Notes under the pieces: generated by a model
Databases searched by the model: none
The model's input: only the letters and a program-made list of their open reading frames with translations
What the model was told of the DNA's origin: nothing
NCBI GenBank assembly: GCA_963727525.1
Contig: CAVSGO010000005.1
Span: 480,001 to 544,000, forward strand
From: an uncultured bacterium
GTDB lineage: Bacteria > Krumholzibacteriota > Krumholzibacteriia > LZORAL124-64-63
Direction of reading: 5' to 3'
Length of the DNA: 64,000 bases
Made by a program: the position numbers and the translations under genes
Shown: positions 1 through 10,210 of the stretch, piece by piece
Layout: every line of letters begins with the position of its first letter
Position numbering within the stretch: the stretch's first letter is position 1

Positions 1-1
1 G

Positions 2-274
2 GTCGCGCACGGGATCGTGCCCGGCCAGTTCCAGGCGGTGCGTGCGCAGGTGCCGCATCCGTAGCGTCGGATCCGGATCAGCTTCCCAGCCCGGCGAGGT
101 CAGCATCTCCACACTGACCACGGCCGTCGGCGGCCGCAGCGAGTAGATGAGCGACTGTAGCCCCGTGAAGCCGAGGTTGCCGATCAGATGCTCCGGGTGC
201 AGCTCGCCATCGTCGCGGCGGAAGACGGTGTGCCGCTTCGGGGGAATCTTGCCCAGCCGGTGGTAATACGGCAT
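2..274 (-). CDS. hmgA: Homogentisate 1,2-dioxygenase, N-terminal part (runs off window edge)
   Basis: Not in the ORF track. Hand translation from ATG at 274 gives MPYYHRLGKIPPKRHTVFRRDDGELHPEHLIGNLGFTGLQSLIY, the typical start of short-type HmgA. Lies directly downstream of hppD. Confidence 0.85.
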   Translation of the reverse strand, partial: MPYYHRLGKIPPKRHTVFRRDDGELHPEHLIGNLGFTGLQSLIYSLRPPTAVVSVEMLTSPGWEADPDPTLRMRHLRTHRLELAGHDPVRD

Positions 275-315
275 GCTCGAAACTCCTCGCGATTTCCGCG
301 CGATCGTTCTCCGCG

Positions 316-1449
316 CTACAGATTCCCGCGTCTGGACTGCTCGCGCTCGATGGCCTCGAACAGCGCCTGGAAGTTGCCCTTGCCGAAGCTGTCGCTGCCG
401 GCGCGCTGGATCACCTCGAGGAACAGAGTCGGCCGATCCTGGAGCGGGCGCGTGAAGAGCTGCAGCAGGTAGCCCTTCTCGTCGCGGTCGACGAGAATCT
501 TCAGATTGCGCACGCGGTCGCGGTCTTCCTCGATGTCGCCAACGCGATCCCAGATCGTCTCGTAGTAGGAATCAGGCACGTCGAGGAACTCGGCTCCATT
601 GTCGCGCAGGACCTCGATCGTCTCGAGAATGTTGTCCGTGCGCAAAGCGATGTGCTGCACGCCCGCCGACATGTTGAAGTCGATGTATTCCTGGATCTGG
701 CTGCGCTTGCGACCGGGCGCCGGCTCGTTGATCGGGAACGTGACGGCACGGTTGTCGTTCGTCATCACCTTGCTACGCAGCGACGAGAACTCGGTGCAGA
801 TGTCCTTGTCGTCGTAGCTGACGAATTGCGTGAAATCGAAGACCTGCGTGTAGAAATCGCACCAGTGCTGCATCCGCTCGTACTCGACATTGCCCACCAC
901 ATGATCGACGCAGTGCACGCCCACATTGTGGCCACGTACCGTGTCGAGAGCGAAACCGGGCAGGAAACCTCCGTAGTCGCCACGTTCGATGAAGCTGTGG
1001 ATGGTATCGCCATAGGTCCGCACGGAGGCCCGCCGCACGGCACCGTCCGCCGATTCGAGATCGTGGGGAGCGCGCACGGGCGTGGCACCGCGCGCCACCG
1101 CCGCCGCATAAGTGGTCGCTGCGTCCTCCACCTCGAAGGCCAGATCGCGTACGCCGTCGCCGTGCAGCGCCAGCCAGTTGTTGAGGGGACTCAGATGCGT
1201 GAGCGGCGAGGTGAGGACCAGAAATACGGTGCCCTGGCGAAGCACGTAGCTGGCGCGGTCGTGGCAGCCCGTTTCCGGACCCCGATAGGCGACCTGATCG
1301 AAGCCGAAGCACTTGCGGTAGAAGTACGCCGCCTGTTTCGCATTGCCGACCCAGAGCTCGATGTGGTGAATGCGCAGGAGCTTGATGCTCGTATCGGGCA
1401 AGGCGGATTCACCGCGCGCGGGACCGGACATGATCGTCGAATCGGGCAT
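316..1449 (-). CDS. hppD: 4-hydroxyphenylpyruvate dioxygenase
   Basis: VDHVVGNV, SQIQEY, GVQHIAL, LLQLFT, FLEVIQR, FGKGNFQALFEAIEREQ motifs. Confidence 0.96.
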   Translation of the reverse strand: MPDSTIMSGPARGESALPDTSIKLLRIHHIELWVGNAKQAAYFYRKCFGFDQVAYRGPETGCHDRASYVLRQGTVFLVLTSPLTHLSPLNNWLALHGDGVRDLAFEVEDAATTYAAAVARGATPVRAPHDLESADGAVRRASVRTYGDTIHSFIERGDYGGFLPGFALDTVRGHNVGVHCVDHVVGNVEYERMQHWCDFYTQVFDFTQFVSYDDKDICTEFSSLRSKVMTNDNRAVTFPINEPAPGRKRSQIQEYIDFNMSAGVQHIALRTDNILETIEVLRDNGAEFLDVPDSYYETIWDRVGDIEEDRDRVRNLKILVDRDEKGYLLQLFTRPLQDRPTLFLEVIQRAGSDSFGKGNFQALFEAIEREQSRRGNL

Positions 1450-1621
1450 GCCGCACCTTCACCTGGTTGAGTGAGAGATTGGGCGATCGAGAACGCTCTA
1501 ACGTGGACACAACTAGTCGCTTTGGCGACAATTGTCAACGCAACCAGGCCCGACCGGACGCGTACGGAGGGTTTCGCCGAGAGTTCGCCCGCAGGAGCCG
1601 GAGAATGGCCGGGATGCCGAC

Positions 1622-2878
1622 GTGACGATCACCAGCCGGATGCGCCGCATCGCGGGTCTCGCCCCTGGCGAGGGCGTACCTGTCTGCCTGGCCACCCTCC
1701 TCTTCTTCGTCCTGATGACCGGCTATGCCATACTCAAGCCCCTGCGCGACGAGATGGGTATCGCCGCGGGCGTGGACAGCCTGCCCCACCTCTACCTCGC
1801 GACTCTCGCCACGATGGTGGCGGCCGCTCCGCTCTTCGGCTGGCTGGCGCGACGGCGGCGGCGCGAGGTGTTCCTGCCCGTCACGTACCAGTTCTTCGCG
1901 GCGAACCTCCTGCTTTTCTATGGTTTGCTGCGCTGGTGGCCCACCGCAGAGACCGTGGTGGGCCGTATGTTCTACGTCTGGGTAAGCGTCTTCAACCTCT
2001 TCGCACTGTCCCTGTTCTGGGGCTTCATGGCCGACGGCTTCGGCCTCACGCGCAGCCGCCGCACCTTCGGAGTCCTGGCCGTGGGAGGTACGGCGGGCGC
2101 AGTGCTCGGAAGCACGATCACGGCTGCGCTCGTGCAGCTCGTCGGACGCCTGCCGTTGCTGCTCGTCTCGGTCGTCTGCCTGGAGACCGCGGTGGTCCTC
2201 GTCCGCATCCTGCACCGCCGGTTCGTGGCGCTGGATGCCACGGACGCCGCCCCATCCGAGCCACCGGGGCACGCCCTCGACGGGATCCGACTCACGTTCA
2301 CATCACCCTACCTCATCGCCGTGAGCGCGTTCCTGATCCTCTACAGCCTGACGTCGACGCTCGTGTACCTCGAACAGGCCCACATCGTCGCGGCCGCGGA
2401 ACATGGCCGCGCGGCACGGGCGGCGCTCCTGGCCCGGATCGAGGTCTGGGTGCAGGGGGTCACGCTCGCCACTCAGCTCCTGGGCACGAGCCGCGTGCTG
2501 CGCTGGCTCGGGACCGGGCTCACCCTCGCCTTGTTGCCCATGGTCACCGGTCTGGGCTTCCTGGCGCTCGGCTTACGGCCGACTCTCACCATGCTCATCG
2601 CCTTCCAGGTGGTACGCCGGGCCACGAACTACGCCCTCGTCAAACCGGCGCGGGAGACCCTCTTCGCCCCCCTGGCGCGCGTCGCCAAGTACCGAGCCAA
2701 GACCTTCATCGACACCTTCGTCTACCGGGGCGGCGATGCCCTGGGCGCAGCCCTCTTCGACCGGCTCGCCGCCCGCGGACTTGGCCCCGGCGGTGTGGCC
2801 GTGGTAGCCGCGGCGCTGACGGTGGCCTGGGCGGCGGTGGCCGTCCACCTCGGACGCCGCCAGGCGGCACTCGCGTGA
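1622..2878 (+). CDS. MFS-type transporter of the NTP/NDP exchange (ATP:ADP antiporter-like) family
   Basis: About 12 hydrophobic segments; YAILKPLRD, LFWGFMAD.F, KPARETLF, KYRAKTFIDTFVYRGGD motifs. Start uncertain (1532/1622/1640). Confidence 0.8.
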   Translation: MTITSRMRRIAGLAPGEGVPVCLATLLFFVLMTGYAILKPLRDEMGIAAGVDSLPHLYLATLATMVAAAPLFGWLARRRRREVFLPVTYQFFAANLLLFYGLLRWWPTAETVVGRMFYVWVSVFNLFALSLFWGFMADGFGLTRSRRTFGVLAVGGTAGAVLGSTITAALVQLVGRLPLLLVSVVCLETAVVLVRILHRRFVALDATDAAPSEPPGHALDGIRLTFTSPYLIAVSAFLILYSLTSTLVYLEQAHIVAAAEHGRAARAALLARIEVWVQGVTLATQLLGTSRVLRWLGTGLTLALLPMVTGLGFLALGLRPTLTMLIAFQVVRRATNYALVKPARETLFAPLARVAKYRAKTFIDTFVYRGGDALGAALFDRLAARGLGPGGVAVVAAALTVAWAAVAVHLGRRQAALA

Positions 2879-3043
2879 AAGCCCGCCTGTGCCACCCCTG
2901 GCCGCCACCGATGTCGCGAGCGTGAGCGAGATGCGCCGTGGCGGGTGCTTCCCCTCAAGATCCCCGTCAACCCGCCGATAGCTACGGAGAATCCGCAAGC
3001 GGTCGCAGCCGTGATCACGCCTTCAAGCTCGAGGTCAGAACGT

Positions 3044-3388
3044 ATGCGAGAACGTCGCAAGAGCCTCCGCCGCAACACACCTCACCGCGTGAACGTCCTG
3101 TCCGCCGCCGACGGACATGTCGTCGGACGCCTCGTGGATATCACCACCTCGGGAATGATGGTGGTGACCGCCACGCGTATGCTGCCGGGACGATCGGTCT
3201 CCTTGCGCATCCCCCTTCCCACCATGGTCAACGGCCGCACCGAGATCGACGTCACGGCGAAGTCGATCTGGAGCCGCCCCGACTCGAATCCGCGATACCA
3301 CCGCATCGGACTGGTATTCGAGGACCTGGGCCCGGAAGAAGCTTACATCATCCAGACAACCCTGCACCGCCTGCATCTGGTGGGGTGA
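3044..3388 (+). CDS. Stand-alone PilZ domain protein
   Basis: MRERRKSLRR (RxxxR) and VDITTSGM (D/NxS/TxxG) motifs, IGLVF near the end; GAGG upstream of ATG 3044. Confidence 0.85.
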   Translation: MRERRKSLRRNTPHRVNVLSAADGHVVGRLVDITTSGMMVVTATRMLPGRSVSLRIPLPTMVNGRTEIDVTAKSIWSRPDSNPRYHRIGLVFEDLGPEEAYIIQTTLHRLHLVG

Positions 3389-3410
3389 CGGGGACACGGA
3401 GGACACGACG

Positions 3411-4382
3411 ATGGGCGCGGCCGACGGCATCCTGCTCGAATCGGGCACCAACGAGGTGGAGATGCTGGAGTTTGCACTCCAGGACCAGAGCTTCGGCGTC
3501 AACGTGCTGAAGATCCAGGCCATCGAACAGTTCGACCCCCAGCGGGTCACCGCCGTGCCGCTCGCGCACCCGTCGGTGGTCGGCAGCTACGGCTTCCGCG
3601 ACGCCGTGGTGACGCTCGTGGACCTCGGTTTCGAGCTGGGTATCAGAGACACGGCGATAGTGCTTGACCAACCGGGCAGCGACGGCGACGCCGAGACCCG
3701 GATCGTACTCGTCATGGAGTTCAACGGACTCACGACCGCGTTCCTCGTCGACGGGGTGAACCGCATCCACCGAGTGAGCTGGGAATCGATCAGCGCCCTG
3801 AGCCCGTTCCTGAGCGCGTGCAGCAGCAAGTTCACGGGATCGCTCAACATCGAAAGCCGCGAGATCATGGTCGTGGACATGGAGCGCGTCGTGGTGGATG
3901 TGCTGCCCCGTGCCCAGCAACTCCACCGGGTGATCGACGACAGCTCGATTCCTTGCTACGCCCGACGCGCCACCGTCCCCGTACTCCTTGCCGAGGATTC
4001 GGGCACGATCCGCGAGACCGTGCGCGCCGAGCTGCAGCGCGGCAACTACCAGCAGGTCCACGCCTTCGCCAACGGCAGTGACGCCCTCACCGCCCTCACC
4101 GCATTCGCGGAGCGGGCGGCCAGCGAACGACGTCCGCTCACCGAGTACGTGGGCGCTGTCGTCACGGACATCGAGATGCCTCAGATGGACGGCCTGGCTC
4201 TCTGCAAGACGATCAAGCAGACGCCAGGACTGTGCGACCTGCCCGTGATCATGTTCTCGTCGCTGATCAACGAGCAGATCGCCGCGAAGTGCCTGTCCGT
4301 GCATGCGGATGCGACGATTTCCAAGCCGCAGTTCAACGAGCTCGTCCACTTGCTCGACAAGCATGCCCTCGCATGTCCCTAG
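3411..4382 (+). CDS. cheV: Chemotaxis protein CheV (CheW + receiver)
   Basis: ILLESGTNEVEMLEF, FGVNVLKI CheW part; AEDS, TDIEMPQMDG, FSS, KP receiver motifs. Confidence 0.92.
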   Translation: MGAADGILLESGTNEVEMLEFALQDQSFGVNVLKIQAIEQFDPQRVTAVPLAHPSVVGSYGFRDAVVTLVDLGFELGIRDTAIVLDQPGSDGDAETRIVLVMEFNGLTTAFLVDGVNRIHRVSWESISALSPFLSACSSKFTGSLNIESREIMVVDMERVVVDVLPRAQQLHRVIDDSSIPCYARRATVPVLLAEDSGTIRETVRAELQRGNYQQVHAFANGSDALTALTAFAERAASERRPLTEYVGAVVTDIEMPQMDGLALCKTIKQTPGLCDLPVIMFSSLINEQIAAKCLSVHADATISKPQFNELVHLLDKHALACP

Positions 4383-5197
4383 GGGACGCCCGCGTACTCC
4401 AGGTGGGCGGTCACCGTCTCGTTGCCCGCCCCTTCCACCGATATCTCCACCAGTAGGCGCGTCCCGTCCGGCGCAAGGCGCAGGCGCCGGACGATGGTCA
4501 GGGGTCCACCCGCCTGTTCGACGACGAGGGTGCCGTCCTGCCAGGTCGCGCGGGTCACGTGCGCACCGGGGCGTGGTTCGTTGCCATGCGGCCCTCCGGC
4601 GTTCGCGTGTAGCTGGCCGTCGGTGATGTACGTGTAGCTCCGGTCGTTTCCGTCCATGATCTCGATCGTCCCGGAGGTGCCGCTGATCAGGAGCTGGCGA
4701 ATGGCGGTCTCGAGGTGCTGTCCGGGACGGGCATCGTCCCCGGAACGCGCGCCCTGCGCCGCGCCATGGCGCCCACCACCAGGACGCCCCCTCCCACCGC
4801 CAGCCATGGCGCCGCGGCCCATCCCACCGCGACTCATGCCGCCGCCTCCCATCTGGTCGTCGTTGTCGAAATCGCCGCGGCCGCCGGGCATGTCGTCGCC
4901 GCCGCCGACCTCGGCGCCGGCACGCTGACGGGAGGCGCGTGCGCTCGCGAGGAGCTTGCCGATCCGGGACGTGAAGGCCTCGAGGTTGTCGCTTCCGTGC
5001 TCGTCGAGGTTCCAGACGCCGTTGAGGTTGGGTGCAGGAGTCGCCGATTCTGGAGACGCGGATTCAGGAGGCGCGGATTCGAGGCTCGTGGAGTGGGGTT
5101 TCGCAGACCCGGCGCTCGCGGACCCGGGCTCCTGGGCCCGGCCTGGTGACGTCAGGCAGGCCAGAATCGTGAGGACGACGGCAGCACGCAAAGCCAT
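4379..5197 (-). CDS. Secreted hypothetical protein with Gly-rich low-complexity insert
   Basis: Signal-peptide-like N-terminus (MALRAAVVLTILACL), NLNGVWNLD..SD segment, GGM/GGRG-rich middle, beta-rich C-terminus. Confidence 0.6.
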   Translation of the reverse strand: MALRAAVVLTILACLTSPGRAQEPGSASAGSAKPHSTSLESAPPESASPESATPAPNLNGVWNLDEHGSDNLEAFTSRIGKLLASARASRQRAGAEVGGGDDMPGGRGDFDNDDQMGGGGMSRGGMGRGAMAGGGRGRPGGGRHGAAQGARSGDDARPGQHLETAIRQLLISGTSGTIEIMDGNDRSYTYITDGQLHANAGGPHGNEPRPGAHVTRATWQDGTLVVEQAGGPLTIVRRLRLAPDGTRLLVEISVEGAGNETVTAHLEYAGVP

Positions 5198-5283
5198 GGC
5201 AACATTCCTTTCGGCCGACGTGGGGTGGGCTGGTGTCGGCCCCAACGCCGCACCGGCCGCAAACCAGCGCTCACCTGGTCCAT

Positions 5284-5311
5284 AAAAGCGGCGCGGGTGT
5301 CCCCGCGCCGC
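5284..5311 (-). terminator. Intrinsic terminator after ctpA
   Basis: 10-bp stem GCGGCGCGGG/CCCGCGCCGC, 4-nt loop, followed by TTTT on the minus strand. Confidence 0.75.
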
Positions 5312-5335
5312 ACCAGCTATGGACTTCGTCCAGCG

Positions 5336-7069
5336 TCAGTGGTCGGCCGAGGTCACCGGTTCGCCCGCTGCGGCCGCGGAATCGGCGGCGGCCTTCTCGA
5401 GCTGATCGCGATTCCACTCGGCGGCCACCGCGAACAGGTCCTTCAGGGTGTGCGCCCGCTTGAAGATATCGAGGGCCTCCTCGAGCTGCATGTCCTTCTC
5501 GATCGCGACCTCGTAAGCCGCCTGCGCTCCCTGCGACCGCCGCATGAGCTCACGTCGCAGCCCCCACTTCAGAAAGTCCTCGTTGGCGTTGAGCAGCGAG
5601 TCGCTCATGGTCAGGTTGAAGGCGCCGAGGTACTCCGGCAGATTTTCGCGGTGGCGCAGGAAGTCCTCGAAATGACCGAAGAGCTTCTCGTCGACCTGGA
5701 AATCCCGCGGCACGTCGCCATGCTGACTCACGTAGTCGACAGCGTAGGCGAAGAGCGCGTAGTCGCGTTCCACCGCGACCTCGAAATCGCTGAGGAAATC
5801 CTGATCGATCTCGATGTCGGGCGTGATGCCACCGCCGCCGTAGACGACGCGGCCGCTGTCGGTATGGAACTGCTCCTTCTTGTGACGGGGCACCTCGCGA
5901 TCGGCGGGTTCCTGCTGCAGATCGGTATGGTTCTCGTCGTCGGGCGCGTCGTCGGGTTTGAAGAGATGGTGCCCCTCGTCCTTGCGATCCTTGTGGATGG
6001 AGCGGCCCGACGGCGTGTAGTACCGCGCCGTCGTCAATTTCAACGCCTCGTCCTCGGTGAGCGGGAAGACGGTCTGCACGGAGCCCTTGCCGAAGCTGGT
6101 CTTGCCCACGACGAGGGCCGCGTCATGGTCCTGCAGAGCGGCTGCCACGATCTCGCTGGCCGAGGCCGACGACCCGTTGACCATGACGATCATGGGTAGG
6201 TTGTCGTACACCTTGCCCTTCTGCTCCGAGTAGAACGACATGCTGTTCGAAGGCAGGCGGCCCTTCGTGTAGACGAGCAGATCGCCACGCGGCAAGAAAA
6301 GCTCGGCCACCTCCTTCGCCGATCCCAGCAAACCGCCGGGATTGAAGCGCAGATCGAGGATCAGACCGCGCGGATGCTGGGCCTCAAGCTCCTCGAGCTT
6401 GGTGCGCATCTCCTCGGCCGTGGTGCGCGCGAAGTTGGAGACGCGGATGTAGGCGATGTCGCCGAGCATGAACGCGTAGGGCACGCTCTCCACCTTGATG
6501 ATATCGCGCGTGATCGTGAGCGGGATGGCGTCGGCGCGCCCGGGCCGCTGGATCGTGATGTTCACCTTCGTACCCTTCGGACCCCGCAACTTCTCCACCG
6601 CATCCGTGCTCGTGAAATCGTAGGTCGAATTGCCCTCGATCTCGGTGATCTGATCGCCACCCTGGATGCCCATGTAATAGGCGGGCGTGCCCTCGATCGG
6701 CGAGATCACCGTCGGGTAATGGTCGCGAACGTTGATCGTGATGCCCAGTCCGCCGAACTCGCCCTCGGTGGACATCATCAGATCCTCGTAGTTGCGCTGG
6801 TTCAGGAAATCCGAGTGCTCGTCGAGCTTGTCGAGCATGCCCTGCACCGCGGCCTCGGCGATGTTCTCGGGGTCGAGCTCGTCCACGTAGTTGAGCATGA
6901 TGCGGTCGAAGACGTCCTGCATCAGCTGCCCCGCGTCGAGGTACTGCTCGCGCCGCGACTTGCTCGACGGCTCCTGTCCGGCCGCCTGGGCCGCGAGCCA
7001 GCCGCCGCAGGCGCCGATGACCAGCGCGCCCGCGAGCAGGAGCAACAATTGCTTGGGAAAACGCATCAT
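5336..7069 (-). CDS. ctpA: C-terminal processing protease, S41 family (PDZ + peptidase)
   Basis: FGGLGI PDZ, LDLRFNPGGLL, SASASEIV, GKGSVQ, LTTARYYTPSGRSI; signal peptide from MMRFPKQ. Confidence 0.92.
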   Translation of the reverse strand: MMRFPKQLLLLLAGALVIGACGGWLAAQAAGQEPSSKSRREQYLDAGQLMQDVFDRIMLNYVDELDPENIAEAAVQGMLDKLDEHSDFLNQRNYEDLMMSTEGEFGGLGITINVRDHYPTVISPIEGTPAYYMGIQGGDQITEIEGNSTYDFTSTDAVEKLRGPKGTKVNITIQRPGRADAIPLTITRDIIKVESVPYAFMLGDIAYIRVSNFARTTAEEMRTKLEELEAQHPRGLILDLRFNPGGLLGSAKEVAELFLPRGDLLVYTKGRLPSNSMSFYSEQKGKVYDNLPMIVMVNGSSASASEIVAAALQDHDAALVVGKTSFGKGSVQTVFPLTEDEALKLTTARYYTPSGRSIHKDRKDEGHHLFKPDDAPDDENHTDLQQEPADREVPRHKKEQFHTDSGRVVYGGGGITPDIEIDQDFLSDFEVAVERDYALFAYAVDYVSQHGDVPRDFQVDEKLFGHFEDFLRHRENLPEYLGAFNLTMSDSLLNANEDFLKWGLRRELMRRSQGAQAAYEVAIEKDMQLEEALDIFKRAHTLKDLFAVAAEWNRDQLEKAAADSAAAAGEPVTSADH

Positions 7070-7174
7070 TCGTGTCCGTCCTTCTCTGTCAGTGCCGACA
7101 GCGACCCTTCCCGGGGCGGGACCGCGCTCACGGGCTCGGGGCGGCACCACCACCAGCGCAACACTCGGGGTTCC

Positions 7175-7843
7175 CTAAAGGAATTTAAGCAATCCGTGTT
7201 CCAACCGCGCCAGATGAACCAGAGCGACCGCCAGCATGCCCTGCGGGTCCTGCCGGGCGTCGATCACCACGATCCGGGACCGGCCGGCCGCCGCGAGGGC
7301 CTGGTAGCCGTCGTAGACCCGTGCATGGAATTCGAGATCCTCCCGATCGAGCCGGTCCTGCTTGCGGCTGCGCAACCGTTCTCGGCCCTCCTCCGGGGGG
7401 AGCAGGCAGAAGAACGTCAGGTCCGGTTCGACGCCAGCGGTGGCGAAATCGTTGAAACGCCCCACGACCTTCTCGCCCAGGCCGCGCCCGAACCCCTGGT
7501 AGGCCACCGAGGCATCGGTAAATCGATCGCACAGGACCACCAGGCCGGCCTCCAGCGCGGGCTGGATCTTTTCCCGCACGAGCTGGGCTCGGCTCGCCAC
7601 CATGAGCAGCAGCTCCGTCTCCGCGCACATGTCGCGAGACGCGAGATCGAGCAGAATGTTGCGCACGCGCTCGCCGATCTCGGTCCCACCCGGCTCCCGC
7701 AGCAGCATGGCATCGCAGCCCCGCGCGGCCAGGTGGTCGGCGAGGGCCCGGATGAGGGTGGTCTTGCCGCTCCCCTCGGGCCCCTCGAAGGTGACCAGCA
7801 GACCCCGGCGTTCGCGCTCGCCGGCGGTGCCGCCGGGCGTCAT
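7175..7843 (-). CDS. tmk: Thymidylate kinase
   Basis: FEGPEGSGKTT, REPGGT, DRF.DAS.AYQG; ATGA overlap with the upstream gene. Confidence 0.95.
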   Translation of the reverse strand: MTPGGTAGERERRGLLVTFEGPEGSGKTTLIRALADHLAARGCDAMLLREPGGTEIGERVRNILLDLASRDMCAETELLLMVASRAQLVREKIQPALEAGLVVLCDRFTDASVAYQGFGRGLGEKVVGRFNDFATAGVEPDLTFFCLLPPEEGRERLRSRKQDRLDREDLEFHARVYDGYQALAAAGRSRIVVIDARQDPQGMLAVALVHLARLEHGLLKFL

Positions 7844-8511
7844 GGCCAGACCTCGCCGTCGGCCTCGACGTCGGCCGGGGGATCCGCATCGGTCGCCGGC
7901 ACGCCCACGGCCGGTGCGGCGGACGTCAGCCTTGCCCCCACGTGCGTGATCCGCTGGAGCACGGTTACCAGAGTCAGGATGGCCAGGACCCAGAGCACGA
8001 TCCGCAGCAGCCACCACCCCAGCAGCACCCCCACGCTGAGGATGATGACGCGCTCCGTGCGCTGGAGCACTCCTACGAGGCAGGTCTCCCCCAGCCCCTC
8101 GGCCCGCGCACGGACGTAGCTCGTGGCCAGGCTGCCGAACATGGTCACCAGGATGAGCACCACGCCCGTCTGCCATCCGGACGGCATGCTGTCCATGCAC
8201 CAGGCCGCCACGGCCGTGAGCATGGCAGCTTCGCCGAAGCGATCGAGGCAGGAGTCGAGGAAGGCGCCCCGCCGCGATACCGTGCCCTGCCGGCGGGCGA
8301 GGTCGCCATCGAGCATGTCGAAGCCCGACCCGACGAGGAACACGATGGCACCGAGGAAGAGCTGACCGATCGCCACCAGCCACGCCCCCAGAAAGGAGAG
8401 GGCCAGGCCGAGCAGCGTGACGGCGAGGGGCGAGAAGCCCAGCGAATCGAGCAGCAACACGAGGGGGCGCAGGGCACCACGTGCCGTCGTCTTGAGCTGG
8501 TTCGTATCCAT
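7840..8511 (-). CDS. CDP-alcohol phosphatidyltransferase, PIP-synthase-like
   Basis: DMLDGDLAR...GAFLDSCLD signature plus SYVRARAE and G.LQRTER motifs. Confidence 0.88.
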   Translation of the reverse strand: MDTNQLKTTARGALRPLVLLLDSLGFSPLAVTLLGLALSFLGAWLVAIGQLFLGAIVFLVGSGFDMLDGDLARRQGTVSRRGAFLDSCLDRFGEAAMLTAVAAWCMDSMPSGWQTGVVLILVTMFGSLATSYVRARAEGLGETCLVGVLQRTERVIILSVGVLLGWWLLRIVLWVLAILTLVTVLQRITHVGARLTSAAPAVGVPATDADPPADVEADGEVWP

Positions 8512-8512
8512 G

Positions 8513-9289
8513 CTAGCGTGACCTCGTCTCGTCGTCGCGCACGGGGTCGTCGTCCCCGTCGTCGCGGTTCAAGGCGGGGAGCGAACCCCGCAGCAAAAGC
8601 ACGAGTTCCCCCTTGAGCCGCGGTCCCGTCATCGCCTCGAGCAAGGCCGATGCGGGCCCGCGCAGGGTCTCCTCGTGCACCTTCGTGATCTCGCGCGCCA
8701 CCGCGATCTCGCGCATGGGCGCCAGGTCGGCCAGTTCCTCGAGCGTGCGCCGGATGCGGTGGCAGCTTTCGAGCATGATGACCGTGCCCCGCTCTGCGAG
8801 GACATCTTCCAGGAACCGGCGGCGGGCGCCGGTCTTGCGCGGCGGGTAGCCCACGTAGAGGAATCGATCGGGCGGAAAGCCCGCCAGCACGAGCGCCGCC
8901 AGGATGCTGGACGGACCGGGCACCACGCTCCACGGCAGCGACGCCTCGGCGAGCGCGCGCACCAGGCTGTAGCCCGGGTCCGACACGCACGGCATGCCGG
9001 CGTCGCTGACCACCGCCACACGCTGGCCGCTGTGCAAACGCTCGACGATGCGCGGGATGGCGCGGGCCTTGTTGTGATCGTGGTAGCTATCCAGGGGTGT
9101 GTGCAATCCGAATCGCTGCAGGAGGCGGCGCGTCTGACGGGTGTCCTCGGCATAGATCGTGTCGACGGCCTCGAGCACCGACAGCGCGCGCAGCGAGATG
9201 TCGCCCAGGTTGCCGATGGGCGTGGCCACGAACCAGCACGAGCCGGGTTCCAGGTCCACGGTCGGGCAAGCCACCGGGGCCGGCATCAT
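8513..9289 (-). CDS. rsmI: 16S rRNA (cytidine1402-2'-O)-methyltransferase
   Basis: VATPIGNLGDISLRA, AEDTR, VSDAGMPCVSDPG, REITKVHEE, KGE. Confidence 0.95.
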   Translation of the reverse strand: MMPAPVACPTVDLEPGSCWFVATPIGNLGDISLRALSVLEAVDTIYAEDTRQTRRLLQRFGLHTPLDSYHDHNKARAIPRIVERLHSGQRVAVVSDAGMPCVSDPGYSLVRALAEASLPWSVVPGPSSILAALVLAGFPPDRFLYVGYPPRKTGARRRFLEDVLAERGTVIMLESCHRIRRTLEELADLAPMREIAVAREITKVHEETLRGPASALLEAMTGPRLKGELVLLLRGSLPALNRDDGDDDPVRDDETRSR

Positions 9290-10104
9290 CCGTCTCCCGG
9301 GGCGCAGCGCTCGAAGTCGCATACGGGCGACGCGGCGCGCTTGAAAGCCATGGCGCGCACACGGGCGGTCACCGCCTCCACCAGTGGGGCCGCGAATCCC
9401 AGGGCCGCGAGTTGCCGGCGCGCGAGCCTCTCGTCCACGAGATGGTGCAGCACCCGATCGGCCTCGGCGTAGGTGAAACCGAGTTCGTCCTCGTCGAACT
9501 GCCCGGTCCACAGATCGGCGCTCGGACGCTTCGCGAGCACGGCGGGCGGCAGGGCGAGGTGCGCGCCGAGCAGGCGCACCTCCGTCTTGTAGAGCTGACC
9601 GACCGGGTTCAGATCGCATGCGGCGTCGCCATGCCGCGTCGTGTACCCGAGAAGCCACTCGGAACGGTTGCCGGTGCCGAGCACGAGCGTCCCGTCGCGC
9701 CGGCTCGTGTCGTAAAGAGCGAGCATGCGCACCCGGGCCATGACATTGCCGGCACGGATGGCGTCGGCGTCGGGCCGCTCGCGCAGGAACGCGTCGACGA
9801 CGGGCGTGATCTCGATCAGCTCGGTGCCGATGCCCAGCGCTTCGGCGAACGTCCGGGCATCGTCCCGGGAGGCCGGCGCGCTCGTCCGGTAGGGCAACAG
9901 GAGCCCCCGGACGCGCTCACGGCCGAGTCCTGCTACCGCGAGGGCAGCCGACACGGCCGAGTCCACTCCGCCGGAAAGTCCCACGACGACCCCCCGCGCC
10001 CCGGCGGTGGCCACCGTCTGTGCCACGAAAGCGCCCGCCCTGGCGACCGCATCGGCGGGCGCAACGGCCCAGGAGGGGATGTTCGGATCGTGCAAGTCGG
10101 GCAT
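9286..10104 (-). CDS. nadE: NH3-dependent NAD+ synthetase
   Basis: GLSGGVDS, GNVMARVRM, GTGNRSE..LGY.T.HGD, LYKTEV, PSADLW..Q.DE.ELG. Confidence 0.95.
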   Translation of the reverse strand: MPDLHDPNIPSWAVAPADAVARAGAFVAQTVATAGARGVVVGLSGGVDSAVSAALAVAGLGRERVRGLLLPYRTSAPASRDDARTFAEALGIGTELIEITPVVDAFLRERPDADAIRAGNVMARVRMLALYDTSRRDGTLVLGTGNRSEWLLGYTTRHGDAACDLNPVGQLYKTEVRLLGAHLALPPAVLAKRPSADLWTGQFDEDELGFTYAEADRVLHHLVDERLARRQLAALGFAAPLVEAVTARVRAMAFKRAASPVCDFERCAPGDG

Positions 10105-10210
10105 GCAGGCTCGCTTCCGCGACATGGGTTCCAAGTGTGTGCCGCCAAGATACCGCCCCGGACGTGAAAAGTCTCCCGTCGTGCGGGAAAATCGTCCCGG
10201 CTTCCGCGCG

